Part shown: positions 57,747 to 64,000 of the stretch, piece by piece
Position numbering within the stretch: position 1 is the first letter of the stretch
How the letters are laid out: the number at the start of each line of letters is the position of its first letter
Made by a program: the position numbers and the translations under genes
Notes under the pieces: model-generated
Told to the model about the DNA's origin: nothing
What the model saw: the letters and a program-made list of their open reading frames with translations, nothing else
Databases searched by the model: none
Sequence record: SRR20825019_669
Length of the DNA stretch: 64,000 nt
Direction: 5' to 3' (one strand)

Positions 57747-58358
57747 ATGAGCGAAACAATCCTTCCTCTTGTCCTTGATGGCCTCCTGGTGGTGCTGTTG
57801 CTGACCACCATCGTCTACGCGATGATCCTGAACCGTAAACTGAACCGTCTGCGTGGAAATCACGACGAGATGGAAGTCTTTGTCGACAAGCTGAACGTCG
57901 CCTGCGCGCGGGCAGAATCGGCGACGGCGGGATTACGGAATGCCGGAGAAAACGGGAAATCCGTATTCAGGGAAGCGGCCTCCAAAGCGGAAGCGCTTCG
58001 TGATGAACTTGCTTTTCTTGTGGAGCGTGCAGATATCGTTTCAGGGCGCCTTGCCAGTGTGAGTGAAGGCACCAAGGTTGTTTCCGCTGAAACCCGCTCT
58101 CAGGTTACCGCGGCCCAATCTGCAGCTCCCCAGTCCGTCGCGGGCCAATCCGCAACGGCAAAATCAGAACAGGGTCGGAAGCCGGGGGCGAAACGCCCGG
58201 CTCCCGCCCCGAGACGCGGTCAGGAGGCCGGACGTGGCCATGAGATGGGCCGGGCCGGCGCGGGACGGGGAGCTCATCAGGCAGATGAATCAGCCTCAGG
58301 ATCGCCCCGGTCGGAAGCTGAGGAAGAGCTGCTGAAAGCACTGAGGAACGCACGCTGA
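57747..58358 (+). CDS. Bitopic coiled-coil protein after fliM (DUF6468/PflI-like)
   Basis: N-terminal TM, LNRKL..LR, LRDELAFLVERA, C-terminal RSEAEEELLKAL. Confidence 0.65.
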   Translation: MSETILPLVLDGLLVVLLLTTIVYAMILNRKLNRLRGNHDEMEVFVDKLNVACARAESATAGLRNAGENGKSVFREAASKAEALRDELAFLVERADIVSGRLASVSEGTKVVSAETRSQVTAAQSAAPQSVAGQSATAKSEQGRKPGAKRPAPAPRRGQEAGRGHEMGRAGAGRGAHQADESASGSPRSEAEEELLKALRNAR

Positions 58359-59224
58359 TGGCATATGACAGACAGGGACGGAAAGCAGCTGCAGTGCAGC
58401 TGCCAGACGCAGATGAGCAAATCGCGACCCCGAATGCAGCCCGCGTGCAGGGCGGTCATGCCGTCAGGGGCAGGGCGCCGGCACGGCGCGCTGCGGGAAA
58501 GGCATCGGCTCCTCAGGAACAGCGTCAGGCCGGGACACCGCGCAAACTTGTCAGGCGCTCGGGTGCCTTTGTACGCGTTCTTCCGGTTGTGGTCGTCGTT
58601 GCCCTGTTTCTTATGGGCGTAAAGGTTGTTGGCATCTGGGACGTTCTCAAGAACGGGAAGTCGCCGGTCAGTGTCGCGGCTTTTGCCGAGGCGGATAGCC
58701 CTGCGCCATCTTCAGACAAAGCGGAAAATACTCTCGATTCGCAACAGTTGGCCCAGGCAACGGAGCCGGCGAAAGGCGATGACGGAGACAAACCGCTCGA
58801 CCCCGTTCTCTTCACACGCTCGGAAATCGAGCTGCTGCAGGATCTGTCCAAGCGGCGCAAGGAGCTGGATGCGCGCGAGCAGACCGTGATCCAGAAAGAA
58901 GGACTGCTGACCGCGGCTGAAGACCGGATCGACAAGAAAATTGTCGAACTGCAGAAGGTCAGGACGGAAATCGAAGGTCTGATCAAGACCTACGACGAGC
59001 AGGAAGAGGGTGAAATCAAGGGACTCGTGCAGATTTACGAGAAAATGAAGCCAAAAGACGCGGCGCGTATTTTCGACGAGCTGGACATGGATATCCTGCT
59101 CCGGGTCTTTGATCGGATGAAGGCGTCGAAGTCCGCGTCCGTGCTGGCCAATATGCGGCCGCAAAAAGCCAAAGAAGTAACGTCGCGAATCGCAGAACGC
59201 AGAACTATCCCCACCACCAACTGA
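58358..59224 (+). CDS. MotE-family protein
   Basis: TM, LLQDLSKRRKELDARE coiled coil, LVQIYEKMKPKDAARIF. Confidence 0.8.
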   Translation: MAYDRQGRKAAAVQLPDADEQIATPNAARVQGGHAVRGRAPARRAAGKASAPQEQRQAGTPRKLVRRSGAFVRVLPVVVVVALFLMGVKVVGIWDVLKNGKSPVSVAAFAEADSPAPSSDKAENTLDSQQLAQATEPAKGDDGDKPLDPVLFTRSEIELLQDLSKRRKELDAREQTVIQKEGLLTAAEDRIDKKIVELQKVRTEIEGLIKTYDEQEEGEIKGLVQIYEKMKPKDAARIFDELDMDILLRVFDRMKASKSASVLANMRPQKAKEVTSRIAERRTIPTTN

Positions 59225-59317
59225 TTATGCCGTACAAATTGTATGTCTATGAAGGCTGAATCAGACTTTGCTTGCCGAGAACGTCCAATTCGCAGTATTC
59301 CATCGGGATATCAGGCA

Positions 59318-59333
59318 TTAACGACCTTTTAAC
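59318..59333 (+). promoter_or_regulatory. Perfect CtrA box upstream of cheY-cheZ-motB
   Basis: TTAA-CGACCTT-TTAAC. Confidence 0.78.
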
Positions 59334-59413
59334 AGGATTGCTGTTAGTGTCTGAGAGTTGGTTAATCGAAAGCTGGGCGGGGCCCGGCCTTTAAAAAAAG
59401 TGGAGAGGTGCCG

Positions 59414-59803
59414 ATGGCTGTCGACAAGGGCATGCGGATTCTCATTGTCGATGACTACAAGACAATGTTGCGCATTATTCGGAACCTTCTTAAGCAGCTT
59501 GGTTTCAATAATGTGGATGAAGCAAGCGATGGCAGTGCCGCCTTGCAGATTCTGCGCCGCGGCGATGAATACGGTCTTGTGATCTCCGACTGGAACATGG
59601 AACCGATGACGGGCTTGCAGTTGCTTAAGGAAGTCCGGGCCGATGCAAAGCTGAAAAGCACTCCGTTCATTATGGTCACGGCCGAGAGCAAGACGGAGAA
59701 CGTTGTGGCGGCGAAGCAGGCCGGGGTGAACAATTATATTGTTAAGCCTTTCAATGCAGAGACGCTGAAGACGAAGATGACTGCGGTTATCGGAGCCTTC
59801 TGA
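59414..59803 (+). CDS. cheY: Chemotaxis response regulator CheY (second copy)
   Basis: ILIVDDYKTMLRIIRNLL, SDWNMEPM, YIVKPF. Confidence 0.93.
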   Translation: MAVDKGMRILIVDDYKTMLRIIRNLLKQLGFNNVDEASDGSAALQILRRGDEYGLVISDWNMEPMTGLQLLKEVRADAKLKSTPFIMVTAESKTENVVAAKQAGVNNYIVKPFNAETLKTKMTAVIGAF

Positions 59804-59847
59804 TCTGGCAACGCTCTGGTACCGGATTCCGCGCGGGGGATTTTTTT

Positions 59848-60318
59848 ATGAGTGAAAAAGAAATCCGCGAGGATCTGTTGCCGGAAGCGGCGCGGGAACT
59901 TGATGCCATGGCCTTGGTTGCCGAAGAGGCAGCCGAGAGAATCCTGACCGCCGTCGAAAAGATCGACGAGTTGCGGGACGGTATGACCGAAGCGGTTTCG
60001 GCAGCTGTGGGCGAGGCTATTGTCGAAATTTTCGAGGCTTGCGGTTTCCAGGATTTGACGGGCCAAAGGGTCGGCCGAATCCACAAGACACTTGATGGCG
60101 TCGCGGATCGGGTCGAGGCTGTATTGTCCCATACGGGCCACGGTCACGGCGATCCTTCATCCGGGACGAAAAGAAATCGTGACAAGCACCCAGAAAATGT
60201 AGAAAAATCAGGCAGTGAACCGTTCTCAGAAGAGGGTTTGTTGAACGGTCCTCAGCTGCCTTCCGATGCTAAGACACAGGAAGAAATTGATGCGCTGATG
60301 GACCAACTCAACAAGTAG
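59848..60318 (+). CDS. cheZ: CheZ-like phosphatase (short)
   Basis: ACGFQDLTGQR (DxxxQ), LLNGPQL, QEEIDAL tail. Confidence 0.85.
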   Translation: MSEKEIREDLLPEAARELDAMALVAEEAAERILTAVEKIDELRDGMTEAVSAAVGEAIVEIFEACGFQDLTGQRVGRIHKTLDGVADRVEAVLSHTGHGHGDPSSGTKRNRDKHPENVEKSGSEPFSEEGLLNGPQLPSDAKTQEEIDALMDQLNK

Positions 60319-60321
60319 TCT

Positions 60322-60963
60322 ATGGCGCAAGGCGAAGATAAGGCGCGTGGTGCAAGCCAGCTCGGTAGCTTGCCGTTATTTCTGAGCCTGTTCTTGCTCC
60401 TTCTCGCGTTTTTCATTTTTTTAAATTCAATCTCTACCCGCCAGTCGGGCAAGAGTGACGACGTGCTCGATAGTGTGCGTTCGAGCTTTGCGTCCGTGCT
60501 GCAGGGCGGTACCGGAACAGGTGTCTTCGAGGGCGAGCCCGGCAAAGTGGATGACGCAGGGCTGCGGGATCAGTTGCTTGAAGCCTTCAACCCGTTGTTG
60601 AGCGAGATGCAAGCCGTTCGGGAGAGGACGGGAAATCCTTTTTATGTCGATTTTCAATCCGGCCGCCTGTTCGAGGGCGATCGGATCGATCCCGTGTTTG
60701 AGTTTCGCGATTTTGCAAAACGTGTTTCTGCCGTACTGGCATTGAAGACGGCGCGCGACGGAGTCGAGCTCCGATTCTGGTTCGATACACCGTCCCCCGG
60801 CGCCGAAATGGTTCTGGCCCGGCAGCGGGCGGCCCGGCTCGCCGAAATCATGATCGGCTCCGGAACATCCCGGGAGAGTGTTTCCATCGGATTCCGTGCG
60901 TTGCCCGGCCCGGGTACTGTGCGTTTTGCCGTTCATCTGGGTGCTGAAGGGCGTGCCCAATGA
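60322..60963 (+). CDS. MotB-like protein lacking the ion-binding Asp
   Basis: LFLSLFLLLLAFFIFLNSIS TM, plug-like SVRSSF, degenerate OmpA-like LARQRA. Confidence 0.65.
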   Translation: MAQGEDKARGASQLGSLPLFLSLFLLLLAFFIFLNSISTRQSGKSDDVLDSVRSSFASVLQGGTGTGVFEGEPGKVDDAGLRDQLLEAFNPLLSEMQAVRERTGNPFYVDFQSGRLFEGDRIDPVFEFRDFAKRVSAVLALKTARDGVELRFWFDTPSPGAEMVLARQRAARLAEIMIGSGTSRESVSIGFRALPGPGTVRFAVHLGAEGRAQ

Positions 60964-61679
60964 GAGGGGCAGCGGCACGGCGAAACCGTCGTGGAGAGAA
61001 ACAGGGCGTCACCTGGATGCTGACCTTTGTCGATCTGGTGTCGCTCTTGCTCGCGTTTTTCGTCTTGCTGTTTTCGATGACATCGCCGGACGCACCGCAA
61101 TGGGAATCCTTCACGGCTTCCCTGCGGTCCGCCTTTTCCACCGAATCTAAAATACGGGCGCGCGAAGCGCAGATGCCGGAAAGCATCGAGGCCGAGGATC
61201 CTGGTCCGGGCTTTGATCTCGGCTATCTGCAGCGTCTTCTGGAAGTGGCAATGGCCCGCGATGCCATCCTGCGGGATGCGACGATTACGACGAAGAACGG
61301 CCGTCTCGTACTGTCCATGGCCAGCGACGTATTTTTCCGGCCGGGGTCGGCGACGTTGCAATCCTCCGGTGAGAGTGCGTTATTCAACCTGGCTGTCGCG
61401 CTGTCCCAGATCGACAACCGGATCGACATTGTCGGTCATACGGACCCCCGGCCATTTACCTCTCCATCAGGGGAGTTCCGTTCGAATTGGGATCTATCGC
61501 TTGCCCGTGCTCTATCCGTTGCGGATACACTCCAGCGGTTCGGCTATCGAAAGCCTGTCGAGGTGAGGGGCGCTGCCGATGGCAAGTTTGGGGAGATTGA
61601 CACATCATTGCCGCTCGAAGACCAATATCGCCGGGCACGGCGGGTGGATCTTGTGATCTATCACGAGAGGGACCGGTGA
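60960..61679 (+). CDS. motB: Flagellar stator B subunit MotB
   Basis: WMLTFVDLVSLLLAFFVLLFSM, VGHTD, SNWDLSLARA, RRVD. Confidence 0.92.
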   Translation: MRGAAARRNRRGEKQGVTWMLTFVDLVSLLLAFFVLLFSMTSPDAPQWESFTASLRSAFSTESKIRAREAQMPESIEAEDPGPGFDLGYLQRLLEVAMARDAILRDATITTKNGRLVLSMASDVFFRPGSATLQSSGESALFNLAVALSQIDNRIDIVGHTDPRPFTSPSGEFRSNWDLSLARALSVADTLQRFGYRKPVEVRGAADGKFGEIDTSLPLEDQYRRARRVDLVIYHERDR

Positions 61680-64000
61680 TGATGCGGCAGTCTGAACAGG
61701 TGCGCACAAACCGCCGTTCCGGAAGCTGTTCCTGGATGGCGCTCTCCATGATTCGCAGCGTGGCGGTACTGTGTCTGATGCTGGCGACTTTGGCATCGGC
61801 CGGGGCGCAGACTGTCGGTATTTCCAGCGGAAGCACGAATGGCGTCGACAGCCTGCGGTTTGACTGGCCGGCCCGGGTTGGGTACGAGGCACAAAAATTC
61901 GGAAACACCCTGGCCATTGTGTTCGATCGTTCGCTCTCCGCCGATTTTGGGCCGGTGGCGAGCGGAGTCGGGGATTTTGTTTCCGGCGTCAGTCTTGATG
62001 ACGATAACCGGACAGTACTGATCGACCTCACCGGCAATCCGCGTTTCCGCTCGAGACGGGCCGGAAATTCGGTGATTCTGGAATTTTTCGACAGGAATGC
62101 TCCCGCTCCGGCAGCCGCGCCCGCGCCTGCTCCGGCCCAGCAGGCAGCTCCTGCTCCGTCCCCTGTTCCAGCTCCGGCTCGGCAGCCTGCCTCTACTCCG
62201 GCAGCAGCGCCCGCGCCGAATGCCCCTCCGCCGGCCAGACCCAGACCGCCGAACGTGCCGGAATTGTCGGTGCGCACCGGAACGCACGATAATTTTTACC
62301 GCTTCGTTTTCGACTGGACGCAACAAACGCCCTATAGCGTCTCGGAGCATCCGGATCGCGCGGTGATCCGGTTCGAAAACCCGGCCTGGATCAATGATGA
62401 CGAGGTCCGGCGGTACATTCCGGAGCGCTTCAAGAGTTTCAGTTCCGTTCCGGGGAGTAACGGGATCGACGTCACGATTCCGCTTCAGGCGCGCGCAGGC
62501 GTCCGGCATTTCACGACTGGAACACGGATTGTTCTGGATGTGGTGAACGGGGGGGAGCCGAGCCGGACGGGGGTATCTGCCTCCTCTACGGAGCCTGCCG
62601 TGCCCACGCCCAGAGCTGCCCCGACGGCGCCGGTGACAGCGGCTGTTCCGGAAAGTCAGGCGACAGATTCCGCAAAGCAAGCGGCAGCTCAGTTCGGATT
62701 GCAGCCACAACCTGGTGCTCCGGCTGCCCTGCCTCCGGCAACTGCTGCGCCTGCGCAACAGGAGAATGCGGCAGATACCGGAGGTGCTGGACAGGCTTCG
62801 ACGGATCCAGCAAACGCGGCGCCTTCCGCCGCGTCCGTGCGGGCACAGGATACGGCGCCGGGACGTTCAGGGGAGGTCGAACCCGAAGCTTTCGGAACCG
62901 CAACACGATTGCAGGATATCGACCTTAATCGCTCGGTGCAGAATGGCGAATCCCTGGTTGCAAGCCTGAGCAAGGGAAATCCGGCGACAATTGAAGGTCC
63001 GGTCATCCCGGTTTCGGCATCCCAGGATAACAATGTTGTCTCGGTCCGTTTCGAATGGACCCAACCGGTTCCCGCTGCGGTGTTTACACGTGCCGGATAT
63101 GTGTGGGTGGTTTTCGGAGCGCCCGCCCGCTTCGATCTGGCGGGTATCAACAGTGCCGACTATCAGTTGTTTGGCGAGAAGACCCAAATTCCCGTCACTG
63201 GTGGCTCGGCTGTTCGGTTTCCCACCGTCGAGGGTGTCAATCCAAGGGTCTGGCGTGACAACGCCGTCTGGATCGTTGACTTCCGTCCGCAGAACAGCCG
63301 TCCGGATGTACCGTTGCGGGTGGATACCCAGCTTGTCAGCGCACAGGGGCCGCGTGTTTTTATTCCGCTTGAGGATCACGGCTCGACCGTCATCATCAGG
63401 GACCCCGAGATCGGTGATCAGTTGTTTGTCGTCCCGGTTGCGTCTCTTAGCCGTGGCGTCGACGGCCTTCGGCAATTCACCGAGTTCAATCTTCTGAATT
63501 CGGCACAAGGCCTGGTCGTTCAGCCTTTGGCGGACGATGTAACCATCCGCTCCCTGCCGGATGGTGTTGCCATCACGAAACCCGATGGGTTGACGATTTC
63601 CCGCAATGTCCAGCAATCGGCTGATGATCAGGTCGCGCAGCGTATCGACGGATTGCCGCCAGGACTTGCTCCGGGCCGGATCTTCGATTTCAGCAGTTGG
63701 CGGAAGGGCGGGACGGATCGGTTCCTGCAGGAAAAGCAGGCGATCCAGAGGCGGATTTCGGAAGCGACAAGTATCGCGCGCAGTGGCCCCCGGCTTGAGC
63801 TGGCCCATTTCTACTTCGCGCATGGCCTTTCCGCTGAAGCCATGGGGTTGCTTCGCACCATTGAGGTCGAGGATGAGGACCTTTCCCGGCGCCCGGACGT
63901 AAAAGCTTTGCGCGGCGCGGCCCAGTTCATGCTGGGGCGCTACAAGGAAGCGGAAGAAGATCTGATGGACCGCAATCTGAGCGGTCTGGCGGAAGCGGAG
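61679..64000 (+). CDS. Large exported protein with repeated beta domains, Pro/Ala linkers and TPR-like region; 3'-truncated by window edge
   Basis: Not in the ORF track (no stop in window). Manual translation from ATG 61679 gives a signal peptide, three RFxW repeats and in-frame RLELAHFYFAHGLSAEAMGLL near 63790; frame spot-checked, not read codon by codon. Confidence 0.8.
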   Translation, partial: MMRQSEQVRTNRRSGSCSWMALSMIRSVAVLCLMLATLASAGAQTVGISSGSTNGVDSLRFDWPARVGYEAQKFGNTLAIVFDRSLSADFGPVASGVGDFVSGVSLDDDNRTVLIDLTGNPRFRSRRAGNSVILEFFDRNAPAPAAAPAPAPAQQAAPAPSPVPAPARQPASTPAAAPAPNAPPPARPRPPNVPELSVRTGTHDNFYRFVFDWTQQTPYSVSEHPDRAVIRFENPAWINDDEVRRYIPERFKSFSSVPGSNGIDVTIPLQARAGVRHFTTGTRIVLDVVNGGEPSRTGVSASSTEPAVPTPRAAPTAPVTAAVPESQATDSAKQAAAQFGLQPQPGAPAALPPATAAPAQQENAADTGGAGQASTDPANAAPSAASVRAQDTAPGRSGEVEPEAFGTATRLQDIDLNRSVQNGESLVASLSKGNPATIEGPVIPVSASQDNNVVSVRFEWTQPVPAAVFTRAGYVWVVFGAPARFDLAGINSADYQLFGEKTQIPVTGGSAVRFPTVEGVNPRVWRDNAVWIVDFRPQNSRPDVPLRVDTQLVSAQGPRVFIPLEDHGSTVIIRDPEIGDQLFVVPVASLSRGVDGLRQFTEFNLLNSAQGLVVQPLADDVTIRSLPDGVAITKPDGLTISRNVQQSADDQVAQRIDGLPPGLAPGRIFDFSSWRKGGTDRFLQEKQAIQRRISEATSIARSGPRLELAHFYFAHGLSAEAMGLLRTIEVEDEDLSRRPDVKALRGAAQFMLGRYKEAEEDLMDRNLSGLAEAE

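Noticed and set aside
61679..64000. Absence of flhB, fliPQR, fliE and flgBC
   Set aside because: The cluster continues past the right edge, where these genes plausibly lie; not evidence of loss

Overview
GC-rich chromosomal window from an alphaproteobacterium, Rhodospirillales-like by gene content and order (inference). Bases 1-9.7 kb hold the end of a peptide ABC transporter operon, an N-formylglutamate amidohydrolase, a divergent ureohydrolase, NAD kinase, molybdenum-cofactor genes (moaA, fdhD, mobA) and several unknown proteins. From 9.8 kb to the end is one motility/cell-cycle supercluster: chpT, cheA(hybrid)-cheW-cheY-cheB-cheR, ctrA, fliIJ, fliF-fliH-fliN-motA-flbD-flhA-flhF-flhG, sciP, fliK-flgD-flgE, three short flagellins with flbT and two flaF copies, two TPR-glycosyltransferases (FlmG/FlbA-like), flgKL, flgI-flgJ-flgN, fliX-dksA, flgFGAH, fliLM, cheY-cheZ, two motB-like genes and a large exported repeat/TPR protein running off the right edge. 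Five sigma54 promoters, IHF sites, FlbD-type (ftr-like) palindromes and CtrA-like boxes can be read directly. No mobile elements, CRISPR arrays, rRNA or tRNA genes were seen. Best leads: a duplicated, apparently paralogue-partitioned flagellin maturation set (3 flagellins, 2 FlaF, 2 FlmG-like), a shared structured flagellin leader, an Asp-less MotB paralogue coupled to motB and a scaffold-like protein, and the absence of fliG from the fliF operon. All calls are by-eye motif recognition; no searches were run.
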